Of a DNA stretch of 64,000 nt, positions 9,323 to 18,715 are shown one piece after another (the first letter of the stretch is position 1; every line of letters begins with the position of its first letter). The position numbers and the translations under genes were made by a program. Source of the DNA: an uncultured Clostridium sp. (GTDB lineage: Bacteria; Bacillota; Clostridia; TANB77; CAG-508). The notes beneath the pieces are model-generated. The model searched no databases and was not told the origin of the DNA. It saw only the letters and a list, made by a program, of their open reading frames with translations. Location: assembly GCA_958413095.1 (NCBI GenBank), contig CATYUF010000001.1:955-64954 (forward strand), read 5' to 3'.

Positions 9323-10498
9323 TTAAATTAATCTTTTTTTCATTAAAATAGCATCAAATTTATCATCATAATAATTTTTTCTTCTACCAACTTCTAAAAA
9401 TTCATGTTTTTTATACAAGTTAATGGCAGGAAAATTTTCTTCATTAACTTCTAAATTAATACTATTGATATTGTTATTTTTACAAATATCAATTAAATTT
9501 TTTAAAAGTAAACTTGCAATACCTTGTTTTCTATAAGAAGATTTAACAGCAATATTCATAATATCTGCTTCATCAATAATAAATTTAGCACCTGCAAATC
9601 CAACGATTTCATTTTCAAGCTTTGCAACAATAAATTTTGAATTATTACTTTTTAATTCATCTTTTAAAACATCTAAATTCCAAAAATCATCAAACTCAGA
9701 AATGTTCAAATTATCTAAATCACTATATTTCATTTTACTAACTAATAAATTTTTTTCTTCTAATTGTCTTTGGGCTTGAGGTTTTTTCAAGTAAAGTGGA
9801 AGTATATCATAGTTATAATTATTGATATTATTGTTATCAATATTCTTACCTTGGAGATTATCTTTATATTTATCATTACCATTAAATGCATCAATTCCAG
9901 CTAGTCCAAGATTTACAATATCAATATCATTTAATTCATTATTAGAAAAGTAAATAGAGCTATTATTACAAGCACTTGAAATATATTCTCTATAAATTAA
10001 AGAACCGTCACCTACAAAAGTTATTTTTTTTTCATTATACTTATAGTTTAAAAGTTTAATACAATTTTCAATACTATCAGCAGTAGGCTCTTCTAATAAA
10101 GTATAAGTATTATTTTTAAAATCATATAAAGAATAGTAACAATTATTGTTTTTACAATCGATAAGACTGCAAATTAATCCTTCATTTTTTACATTATAAG
10201 CTAAACAGGTAAGAGAACTAACACCAATTATAGGGATATTGAAACTATCTGAGAATGCTTTTACAGTAGCAATTCCAATACGAATACCAGTAAAAGAACC
10301 AGGTCCAATATCACAGATTAATAAATCTATATCGTTTAAAGTTAAGTTAGTTTCTTCAAATATATCTTTAATAATAGGCATTAAAGATTCAGAATGTGTT
10401 AAACCATTATTAAGCTCTATTTTTTTAAGTAGTTTATTATCATCTAAAATTGCAACAGCACAAATTTTGCTAGAAGTATCAATGCATAAAGTTTTCAA
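9323..10498 (-). CDS. tsaB: Fused TsaB (t6A dimerisation subunit) and RimI (ribosomal-protein-alanine acetyltransferase)
   Basis: The N-terminus MKTLCIDTSS...GPGSFTGIRIG...LPLYLKKPQAQ is TsaB. The C-terminal GNAT has RKQGIASLLL and LEVNEEN. The two are joined in one ORF by an Asn-rich linker. Confidence 0.8.
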   Translation of the reverse strand: MKTLCIDTSSKICAVAILDDNKLLKKIELNNGLTHSESLMPIIKDIFEETNLTLNDIDLLICDIGPGSFTGIRIGIATVKAFSDSFNIPIIGVSSLTCLAYNVKNEGLICSLIDCKNNNCYYSLYDFKNNTYTLLEEPTADSIENCIKLLNYKYNEKKITFVGDGSLIYREYISSACNNSSIYFSNNELNDIDIVNLGLAGIDAFNGNDKYKDNLQGKNIDNNNINNYNYDILPLYLKKPQAQRQLEEKNLLVSKMKYSDLDNLNISEFDDFWNLDVLKDELKSNNSKFIVAKLENEIVGFAGAKFIIDEADIMNIAVKSSYRKQGIASLLLKNLIDICKNNNINSINLEVNEENFPAINLYKKHEFLEVGRRKNYYDDKFDAILMKKRLI

Positions 10499-10517
10499 AA
10501 TAAAACCTCCATATATA

Positions 10518-10982
10518 TTATTTTAAAGAATTTAAAATATCATCATATTTTTCACCATAAGATGTAATATTTAAAATTCTTAGATTTTCATTATTTTCAT
10601 CTCTTTCAAATTGTATGTGAATATAATCTTTTGGTAGAGCATCTTGAATTATTTCACCCCATTCAACAATGCAAATACCTTTATCAAAATATTCGTCGCC
10701 ACCAATTTCATAAAACTCAGAGGAATCTTCTAATCTATAAACATCAAAATGGTAAATATTAATATCATTTTTTATGTATTCATTAACAATGGTAAATGTA
10801 GGACTAGAAATTTCATTTTCTAAGTTAAAATATGATAAAATTCCTTCAGTTAATTTTGTCTTTCCAGAACCCAATTCGCCAGAAAGAACAACTACATCAC
10901 CATTACTCAACTTTGAAGCTAATTTTTTTCCAAAAGATAGTGTATCATTTAGATTAGATGAAACTATTTTTAATAAATTCAT
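10518..10982 (-). CDS. tsaE: tRNA t6A ATPase TsaE
   Basis: P-loop GELGSGKTKL, SPTFTI and HFDVYRL motifs. ATG 10982 is preceded by AAAGGA. Confidence 0.9.
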   Translation of the reverse strand: MNLLKIVSSNLNDTLSFGKKLASKLSNGDVVVLSGELGSGKTKLTEGILSYFNLENEISSPTFTIVNEYIKNDINIYHFDVYRLEDSSEFYEIGGDEYFDKGICIVEWGEIIQDALPKDYIHIQFERDENNENLRILNITSYGEKYDDILNSLK

Positions 10983-11319
10983 AATTTTTCCTTTCAATTT
11001 AATAATAAAAATTTAGATTAATTATAAAATATTTAAACACATTGTTTTTTATCAATCTATCATTAAATTTATTTTAAATTATTTATAGAATATACATTTA
11101 AAAGTTAAAGTACATTTTATATACTTTAAAATTTATAAATATTAAAAATTAAGCATAAATAAAATATTTAAAATTTAATCAACTAAAAACATTATAATAC
11201 AGAACTAACAAAAATACAATTATATATTACAATTATATTACATTTATAAAAAATATGTTGAAAAATGTACCAGTTTAAATTATAATTAACTTGTATATGG
11301 ATTAACTAAGGAGGAAAAC

Positions 11320-12123
11320 ATGGATACTTTTGCAAATTACATTTTAGAAGCAGAAGATTTATCAGCTAAATTAGAAATAGCATATTATCTATCTAAAAAA
11401 ATAAGAATATTTTTTGATAAATCAGTAGTTTTCAAAACTGAAATAGCAAGAATGTTTATTGACTATATGAAAATAGATGTTGATAAAAATTTAGTATTAA
11501 CGGCATGTCTTTTGTGTAATTGCAAAAAGGTAAATGATGCTCAAGATATAAAAAGAGTACATACATATGCCAAAGAAGGTTCAGAATATCTATCAACATT
11601 AGGATTTGATAACAAGTTTTGTAAAATATGTGAAGAAGTAAATAGATATAGCCAAAGTAATCCTAGAGAAAAAGAAAGTGATATACTAGAATTAGTAGAT
11701 CAATTTGGAGGAATGCTATTAGACAGACCAGAAAGAATAGGATTCAAACCAGATGAGGCTATGGTTCTATTAGAACATAGAAATTTAAAAGATTATTACA
11801 ATAGATATTTACATACATTTAATGATTTTGTAAATATAATGGAACAAATCGAATTAAATGAAATGACTACAATGAAGTCTTTAAGAAGGTTAGTAAAAAT
11901 ATATAACGAAACAGATAAATTAAAGAATTTTATAAATAAAGTATGCTATGATTATGAGCCTAAAATGGATAAAGCAATGGAAAAACATATGAAAGAAATA
12001 AAAAATGAAATGCTAGATAATTCATCACGACCATTATTTAGTGAAGAAACAGCAAGAAAAGTATTATCTCGTATGAAGGAAGAGGAACTAGGTAAAATCC
12101 CATATAAAAACCTAAATAAATAA
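11320..12123 (+). CDS. HD-domain-like protein with a degenerate catalytic dyad
   Basis: LTACLLCNCKK sits where HD proteins have aLLHDiGK (H to C, D to N). It lies 17 nt upstream of the EndoQ-like gene. Confidence 0.5.
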   Translation: MDTFANYILEAEDLSAKLEIAYYLSKKIRIFFDKSVVFKTEIARMFIDYMKIDVDKNLVLTACLLCNCKKVNDAQDIKRVHTYAKEGSEYLSTLGFDNKFCKICEEVNRYSQSNPREKESDILELVDQFGGMLLDRPERIGFKPDEAMVLLEHRNLKDYYNRYLHTFNDFVNIMEQIELNEMTTMKSLRRLVKIYNETDKLKNFINKVCYDYEPKMDKAMEKHMKEIKNEMLDNSSRPLFSEETARKVLSRMKEEELGKIPYKNLNK

Positions 12124-12140
12124 TACAAGAAGGAAATAAA

Positions 12141-13334
12141 ATGTACGAAATATTTGCAGATATGCATGTTCATATAGGGAGAAGTGAAAATGGAAAACCA
12201 ATAAAAATAACAGCAGCAAGATCTTTGAATTTTGCTAATATAGCTAAAGAATGTGCAGATAGAAAAGGAATAAATGTAGTAGGAATAATAGATTGTGCTT
12301 CACCATATGTAATTGAAGATATAGAAAATTTTTTAAAAACAGGAGAGGCATATGAGCTAAAAGATGGTGGAATAATATACAAAGATAAAGTTTGTATATT
12401 ATTAGGAAGTGAAGTAGAAACTTCAGAAGAAGGAAGAAATGGAAAAAAGGGAAGTGCTCACAATATATGTTTCTTTCCACATTTAAAAGATATAAAACAA
12501 TTTTCAAGTGAATTAAGTCACCATTTAAAAAATATTACTTTAAGTACACAAAGAACAGATTTATCTGGATATGATTTAATAGATATAGTAGAAAAATATA
12601 ATGGGATATTAATACCAGCACATATCTTTACTCCACATAAAAGTTATTATGGGAATTGCACAGATAGATTAAAAAATATATTCAAGGAAAAATATGATAA
12701 AATTTTTGCAGTAGAATTAGGATTAAGTTCAGATACATTCTTAGCAGATATGATAACAGAATTGGAAAATAAAACCTTCTTAACAAATTCAGATGCACAT
12801 TCACTTCCAAAAATAGCAAGAGAATATAATAAAATACAAGTAGAAGATATATCATTTAAAGAGATAGTAAAAGCTTTAAAAAATAAAGATGGAAGAAAAA
12901 TAATTGCAAATTATGGGCTAGATCCAAAACTTGGTAAATATCATAGAACATATTGTGATGACTGTGAAAAAACTATAGAAACGAAAGAGCCGGTAGAAGA
13001 ATGCCCATATTGTGGAAGTAAAAATGTTACATTTGGAGTTTTTGATAGAATTGAATTAATAAAAGATAAGCAAAAAACAAAAAGCCCAGAAAATAGACCA
13101 CCATATATATATCAAGTTCCACTAGGATTTATCCCAGGAGTAGGTGGAAAAACTATAACAAAACTATTAGATAATTTTGAAACAGAAATGAATATACTAC
13201 ATAAATTATCAAAAGATGATATAGAAGCAGTAGTAGGAGAGAAAGTAGCTAGTAGTATAGAAAAAGCAAGAAGTGGAGGCTATCAAGTTCACTCAGGTGG
13301 TGGAGGAAATTATGGTAAATTAGGGGCTAAATAG
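12141..13334 (+). CDS. Endonuclease Q-like PHP-domain protein (TIGR00375-like)
   Basis: N-terminal PHP metal motif DMHVHIGRS, zinc ribbon CDDC...CPYCGS, and C-terminal helix-hairpin-helix-like GVGGKTITKLL. Confidence 0.65.
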   Translation: MYEIFADMHVHIGRSENGKPIKITAARSLNFANIAKECADRKGINVVGIIDCASPYVIEDIENFLKTGEAYELKDGGIIYKDKVCILLGSEVETSEEGRNGKKGSAHNICFFPHLKDIKQFSSELSHHLKNITLSTQRTDLSGYDLIDIVEKYNGILIPAHIFTPHKSYYGNCTDRLKNIFKEKYDKIFAVELGLSSDTFLADMITELENKTFLTNSDAHSLPKIAREYNKIQVEDISFKEIVKALKNKDGRKIIANYGLDPKLGKYHRTYCDDCEKTIETKEPVEECPYCGSKNVTFGVFDRIELIKDKQKTKSPENRPPYIYQVPLGFIPGVGGKTITKLLDNFETEMNILHKLSKDDIEAVVGEKVASSIEKARSGGYQVHSGGGGNYGKLGAK

Positions 13335-13512
13335 AAAGCAATATTGTAATATTTAATATATAAAAGTATCATTTTTTAGTTATAGTAAATATTAATTTCT
13401 ACAACTTAAATGAAATTATATGAGATGAAAGAAACAAAATATAGATTTAAAAATGTTCTAAAAAATCTTCTTATCGAATACACATTATGTATAAAAGATA
13501 AGGAGATTTTTT

Positions 13513-14151
13513 ATGAAGAAAAACAGAGGAATGAAATTAGTTAACTTAATAAAAGAACATATAAAAAACAATGCTAAAGAATATATAATTGTCACACTAA
13601 TTTTTATAACAGGAATATTTGCAGGAGTATTTTTCTTGAACAATATGCAAGAAACACCAAAGTCAGATGTAACAAATTACTTAAATAATTTTATAACTAA
13701 ATTAAAAGAAAATCAAAATTTAGATATGATAGGGTTATTTAAAAACTCAATAATGCAGAATTTGATTTTAGGAGTAGTAATTTGGTTTTTTGGAACAACT
13801 GTAATTGGAATACCTATTGTTTTTGGACTCGTATTATACAGAGGATTTTGTTTAGGATATACGATTTCTACATCTATATTAGTATTAGGATTAACTAAAG
13901 GATTAACTTTTTCGATTGTTACATTATTGATACAAAATATATTATTTATTCCTGCAATTCTTGCACTAGCTGTTAGTGGCTTTAAGCTATATAAATCAAT
14001 AATAAAAGATAAAAGAAAAGAGAACATAAAACTAGAAATCTTAAGACATACAATTTTTTCATTAATAATGTTAATACTATTAATAATTTCAGCAATAATA
14101 GAAATATTTATTTCAACAAATATTTTAAGTAACATAATAAAATATTTTTAA
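13513..14151 (+). CDS. spoIIM: Stage II sporulation protein M
   Basis: About 210-aa polytopic membrane protein with SpoIIM-like topology and the YRGFCLGY segment, next to xerD. Confidence 0.7.
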   Translation: MKKNRGMKLVNLIKEHIKNNAKEYIIVTLIFITGIFAGVFFLNNMQETPKSDVTNYLNNFITKLKENQNLDMIGLFKNSIMQNLILGVVIWFFGTTVIGIPIVFGLVLYRGFCLGYTISTSILVLGLTKGLTFSIVTLLIQNILFIPAILALAVSGFKLYKSIIKDKRKENIKLEILRHTIFSLIMLILLIISAIIEIFISTNILSNIIKYF

Positions 14152-14250
14152 AAATATCGAAAAATGTATTTACTTTTTTCAAATAGTTTGATATAACATA
14201 TATGGTTAATTTATGTAAATTTTAAAAATATAGAGATAGGGGAAATAAAG

Positions 14251-15132
14251 ATGGAAAGACAATTAAAATTATTTTTTGATTTTTTAGAAAATGATAAAAA
14301 ATTATCAGAAAATACATTACAATCATACAAAAGAGATTTAAAACAATTCAGAAAGTATTTAGAATCTTATGGATTACATTATAACAGAGTAAAAGAAGAA
14401 GATATGGAAAATTACATAAAAGAATTACAAGAACAAGGAAAAAAGGCTTCAAGTATATCAAGATGTATAGCATCTATAAGATCATTTTATCAATTTGCAC
14501 TAAAGCATAAAAAAATAAAAAACGATCCAACAGCACATTTACAATCTCCTAAAATAGAAAAAAGAGTACCTAGTGTATTAACATCAAAAGAAGTAGAATT
14601 ATTATTAAAACAACCTGACAATGAAGACTTAAAAGGAATGAGAGATAAAGCAATGCTTGAATTTGCATATGCAACAGGAATGAGAGTTACAGAAATAATA
14701 TCATTAGATGTAGATGATATAAACTTAGAAGAAGGATATGCAATTTGCAAAGGAACAAATAAACAAAGAATTATTCCATTAGGTTCTTTATGTTTAAAAG
14801 CATTAAAAACTTATTTAGAAGAAGCAAGAGATATATTAATAAAAAATGATGAAGAAAGAGCATTATTTGTAAACATAAATGGAGGAAGATTAACAAGACA
14901 AGGTTTTTGGAAAATAATTAAATACTACAAAGACCAAGCACATATAACAAAAGACATAACACCTCATGTATTAAGACATTCATTTGCAACACATTTATTA
15001 CAAAATGGAGCTGACTTAAAAGCAATCCAAACAATGTTAGGACATTCAGACATATCATCAACACAAGTATATATGCAATTTCAAGACGAAGGTTTAAAAA
15101 ATGTATATAGAAAAGCACATCCAAGAGCATGA
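14251..15132 (+). CDS. xerD: Tyrosine recombinase XerD
   Basis: ATGMRVTE and LRHSFATHLLQNGADLKAIQTMLGHSDISSTQVY, carrying the catalytic R, H-x-x-R and Y. Confidence 0.9.
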   Translation: MERQLKLFFDFLENDKKLSENTLQSYKRDLKQFRKYLESYGLHYNRVKEEDMENYIKELQEQGKKASSISRCIASIRSFYQFALKHKKIKNDPTAHLQSPKIEKRVPSVLTSKEVELLLKQPDNEDLKGMRDKAMLEFAYATGMRVTEIISLDVDDINLEEGYAICKGTNKQRIIPLGSLCLKALKTYLEEARDILIKNDEERALFVNINGGRLTRQGFWKIIKYYKDQAHITKDITPHVLRHSFATHLLQNGADLKAIQTMLGHSDISSTQVYMQFQDEGLKNVYRKAHPRA

Positions 15133-15211
15133 TTTTGGGGTCGGAGACAAAAATCATCAACAGTTAAGTTTGCAATTTTAGAGTCGGAAACAAAATGCAT
15201 CAACGGTTAAG
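15131..15211 (+). repeat. GGGGTCGG repeat family 2, tandem pair of ~40-nt units
   Basis: GATTTTGGGGTCGGAGACAAAAATCATCAACAGTTAAG is followed by AGAGTCGGAAACAAAATGCATCAACGGTTAAG. A related copy lies at 23615-23670. Confidence 0.65.
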
Positions 15212-15359
15212 ATTGTATAATTTATATAATTTAAAGTTTAGAAAAAAGTTTCATTATTTGTGAAGCTTTTTTGTTTGTGAGATAATGCATTTTAAGATAA
15301 TATAGTTTATTGAATAGTAAAAGTTTAAGTTACTGGATAAGGGCTTTAAAAATTAACCG

Positions 15360-15573
15360 CTGGAAATAGTTGATAATTATAATTTTTTTGGATTTTGACT
15401 ACTTATTTCATTCAGAAAGAATTGGTAAGGCTTTTTCATGAGCCTCTCTCACTCAGACCCTTTCATACTTCAAGTACCGTGAGCATTCCTCATTCGAAAG
15501 CCTAACCAATTCTAATCTTCATTCCAGTCGAACGTCAAAATCCAAAAAAATTATAATTATCAACTATTTCCAG
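15360..15573. mobile_element. MITE-like hairpin element with 39-bp perfect terminal inverted repeats
   Basis: Left arm 15360-15398 (CTGGAAATAGTTGATAATTATAATTTTTTTGGATTTTGA) is the exact reverse complement of 15535-15573. The interior is also largely self-complementary. A solo right end lies at 50212-50253. Confidence 0.7.
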
Positions 15574-15639
15574 CTTCTCTACAATAAAAAACATTATCCT
15601 GTAACAAGCTAAAAACTGAAATTTATATGAATTTTGACT

Positions 15640-15900
15640 TTAAAAGAAGATAATGGTAGAATATAAAAATCAAGAACTAAAACTAAAAATAGATGATAGT
15701 AAAATATAAAAACAAATAATTAAAACTAAAAATAGATAATAGTAAAATATAAAAACAAATAATTAAAATTAAAAATAGATGATAGTAAAATATAAAAATA
15801 AAGAAATAAAAATTATAAATTAAAGTTAAAAATAAACAATTGAAATTAATAATAGAAAAACTAAAAATAATAAGTAAAAAATAAATAATTAAAATAAAAA
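15640..15900. repeat. 43-bp tandem repeat array: 3 good copies at about 15680-15810 plus decayed flanking copies
   Basis: AAAAATAGAT recurs at 15685, 15728 and 15771 (period 43). The unit is AAAAATAGATGATAGTAAAATATAAAAACAAATAATTAAAACT. Confidence 0.7.
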
Positions 15901-15916
15901 AGAGAGGAAAATAATT

Positions 15917-16807
15917 TTGAACACTACCTTAAAAATATTATTAACAATACTAATAACAACAATTATAGCAATAACAATAGTGATATTATATTTTTTCATA
16001 TTTGATATAGAAACCAAAGTACCAAAAGAAATAGAGCAAGAATGTAAAATAGAAACAAAACAATTTATGGGAAGAAAAATATTTATATTAAAAGATAAAA
16101 ATGTTACAGCTAGTAAAAAATATATACTATATTTTCATGGCGGCTCATATGTAGCAGAAGCAACCCAAAATCATTTTAATTTTTTAGAAAAAATAGCAAA
16201 AGATACTAAATATACAATAATCATGCCAGATTACCCATTAACTCCAAAATATACATATGACGATGTTTTTGATATGGCAGTACCATTATATAAAGAAATA
16301 ATATCAAAAGTAAACAACAATGATTTAATACTTATGGGAGATTCAGCAGGAGGAGGGTTAGCCTTAGGGTTATATGAAAAAATAGCAAATGATTTTATAG
16401 ATATACCATCAAAAACAATACTAATTTCTCCTTGGTTAGATGTAAAAATGCAAAATGAAAAGATAAATGAAGTTTCAAAAAATGATGATATTTTAAGCAA
16501 AGAAAAATTAATACTTGCAGGAATAGCATATGCAGGAAAAGATGGAATGGACAAATATTTGGTAAATCCAATAGAGGGAGATTTATCAAAACTAAATAAT
16601 ATAAGTATATTTACAGGAACATATGATATTCTAAATCCAGATGCGACGCTTTTAAAAGAAAAAGCAGATAAAGTAGGTGGAAATATTGAATTAAAAGTAT
16701 ATGACAAAGCAAAACATATATGGTTAATTGATAATAATTCAGATACAGAAATAACCAATAAAGCATATAATGATTTATTAGAAGAATTAAGAGATGAAGG
16801 TGAATAG
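15917..16807 (+). CDS. Membrane-anchored alpha/beta hydrolase (esterase/lipase family IV-like)
   Basis: N-terminal TM helix, oxyanion HGGSY and nucleophile elbow GDSAGG. TTG start 9 nt after GAGAGG. Confidence 0.75.
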   Translation: MNTTLKILLTILITTIIAITIVILYFFIFDIETKVPKEIEQECKIETKQFMGRKIFILKDKNVTASKKYILYFHGGSYVAEATQNHFNFLEKIAKDTKYTIIMPDYPLTPKYTYDDVFDMAVPLYKEIISKVNNNDLILMGDSAGGGLALGLYEKIANDFIDIPSKTILISPWLDVKMQNEKINEVSKNDDILSKEKLILAGIAYAGKDGMDKYLVNPIEGDLSKLNNISIFTGTYDILNPDATLLKEKADKVGGNIELKVYDKAKHIWLIDNNSDTEITNKAYNDLLEELRDEGE

Positions 16808-16811
16808 CCAA

Positions 16812-18110
16812 ATGAAAAAAGAAAAATTATACTGGAGAAGATTAGATAACTCAGCAAAAATATTTCCTATTTCTGCTGGAAAAAAATATAGTACAGTTTT
16901 TAGATTATCGGCGATTTTAACAGAGATTGTAGAACCGAATATATTAAAAGAAGCTGTAAAAAAAGCATTAATGCAATATGAATTTTTCAAAGTAAGAATG
17001 AAAGACGGCTTTTTTTGGAATTATTTAGAATATAATCCTAAAGACCCAATTATAGAAAAAGAAAAGGAATATCCTTGCACATATATAGAGCCAACTAGAA
17101 ATAATGGATATTTATTTAAAGTTACATATTTTGAAAAAAAGATTAATATAGATATATTTCATTCTTTAACAGACGGAAATAGTGGAGTTACATTTTTTAG
17201 AGAAATTATATATAACTACATAGAATTAATGCATAAGGAAGAATTTAAAGAAGAATTAAGAACTACTAAAAAAATAGATTTATCAGCAGAAGATAGTTAT
17301 ATAAAAAATTATGATAAAAAAGCTAAAAACAATAGTTCAACTAAAAAGGCATATCAATTAGAAGGAAAGAAAACAAAATTCGGAGCAATTTCTGCAATAC
17401 ATGAATTTATTAATATTGAACAGTTAAAAAATGAATGTAAGAAAAAAGATGCAACAGTAACGCAATATTTAACAGCAGTATTAATTTATTCAATATATGA
17501 AGCAAATTATCTAAAAGCTAGAAAAAATAATGCTAAAAAACCAATAAAAGTTTGTATACCTGTAAACTTAAAAAAATACTTTCCATCAAATACAATTTCT
17601 AATTTTTTTTCATATATTACATTAGAAGCTGATATGAAAGATAAAAAAATGAGTGAATTTGATAATATTTTAGAATTTGTAAAAAAACACTTTAAAACAA
17701 AATTAACAGAAAACGAAATACAAAAAACTATGTCGTCAAATGTAAAATTAGGTATAAATCCAATAATAAAAAGAATACCATTAATCTTGAAGAAACCATT
17801 GGTAAGACTTAGTTATATAGAAATTAGAAAATACACTACAACTACATTTTCAAATATAGGAAGAATAGGTATTATAGGAAAATATCAAAAATATATAGAA
17901 AGTTTTTTGATGTTAATTGCACCAGAACCAGTAGAAAAAATTAAATGTTCAGCCTGTTCATTTGAAGATAAAATTGTATTTACATTCACATCGATTTTAG
18001 GAAATTGTGACATAGAAAAGTTTTTTTATGAGTTTTTAATTAAGAAGGGTATTAAAGTAACAATAGAAAGTAATGGGATTTTAGATATTAAAACTGATAA
18101 TAATTTTTAA
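16812..18110 (+). CDS. Condensation/alcohol-acetyltransferase-like acyltransferase (HxxxD)
   Basis: HSLTDGNSG (HxxxDG) active-site motif in a protein of about 430 aa. ATG 16812 follows GAAGGTG and overlaps the end of the hydrolase gene. Confidence 0.65.
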   Translation: MKKEKLYWRRLDNSAKIFPISAGKKYSTVFRLSAILTEIVEPNILKEAVKKALMQYEFFKVRMKDGFFWNYLEYNPKDPIIEKEKEYPCTYIEPTRNNGYLFKVTYFEKKINIDIFHSLTDGNSGVTFFREIIYNYIELMHKEEFKEELRTTKKIDLSAEDSYIKNYDKKAKNNSSTKKAYQLEGKKTKFGAISAIHEFINIEQLKNECKKKDATVTQYLTAVLIYSIYEANYLKARKNNAKKPIKVCIPVNLKKYFPSNTISNFFSYITLEADMKDKKMSEFDNILEFVKKHFKTKLTENEIQKTMSSNVKLGINPIIKRIPLILKKPLVRLSYIEIRKYTTTTFSNIGRIGIIGKYQKYIESFLMLIAPEPVEKIKCSACSFEDKIVFTFTSILGNCDIEKFFYEFLIKKGIKVTIESNGILDIKTDNNF

Positions 18111-18132
18111 AAATTAGAAGGGAATAAAAAAT

Positions 18133-18696
18133 ATGTTATATCCTCAAAAGTTAAGTAGCAAAAAAAGTGAGTTAATAATAAAAATAGCAATTCTAATATC
18201 TATTATAATAGCATTAATATTAGTAATTATAAATAGATTAACAAACCAAGAGATACATTGGGCAGCTCTAGCAAATGCTGGAATTATATATGCTTGGATA
18301 ACAATTATATATTCTATAAATAGAAGGACAAATATTGCAGGTCATGTATTAGTTCAATTAATAGCGATAACAATTTTGACTACATATATTGATTATAGAA
18401 TAGGTTTTAAAGGCTGGTCTTTAGAAATGGCTATACCGATAATGATAATAGTTGCGAATATAACAATGTTGGTATTAACGATTGTAAGCTACAAAAGATA
18501 TGTTAAATATGCAATTTATCAATTAATTATATGTATTCTTAGTTTAATTCCAATTTATTTTATATATGAACATATGGTATTAAATATGGTATTAAGCTAT
18601 GTTGCAATAGGAATTTCTATTTTGAACTTTATATTAACAATTATTTTATGTGCTAGAGATGTAAAAGAAGCAATAATAATAAAATTTCATACATAA
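18133..18696 (+). CDS. Polytopic membrane protein of unknown function
   Basis: Five or six hydrophobic helices. Tightly spaced between the acyltransferase and the ABC genes. Confidence 0.6.
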   Translation: MLYPQKLSSKKSELIIKIAILISIIIALILVIINRLTNQEIHWAALANAGIIYAWITIIYSINRRTNIAGHVLVQLIAITILTTYIDYRIGFKGWSLEMAIPIMIIVANITMLVLTIVSYKRYVKYAIYQLIICILSLIPIYFIYEHMVLNMVLSYVAIGISILNFILTIILCARDVKEAIIIKFHT

Positions 18697-18715
18697 AAAT
18701 TAAAGGAGGAAAAAA

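Noticed and set aside
13470-13500. Candidate dif/Xer site or sigma-E promoter upstream of spoIIM (TTATCGAATACACATTATGTATAAA).
   Set aside because: Only the XerD-arm-like TTATGTA part resembles Firmicute dif. The other arm matches at about 5 of 11 positions. The sigma-E -35 element is missing at the required spacing.
15360-15573. The long hairpins here and at 59578-59782 could be the SRP (4.5S/scRNA) or another housekeeping RNA.
   Set aside because: The conserved SRP domain IV sequence (GGAAGCAGCC-type apical motif) is absent. Perfect terminal inverted repeats and a dispersed solo end fit mobile DNA better.
15640-15900. CRISPR array.
   Set aside because: The 43-bp units are directly tandem with no unique spacers, are extremely AT-rich, and have no cas genes nearby.
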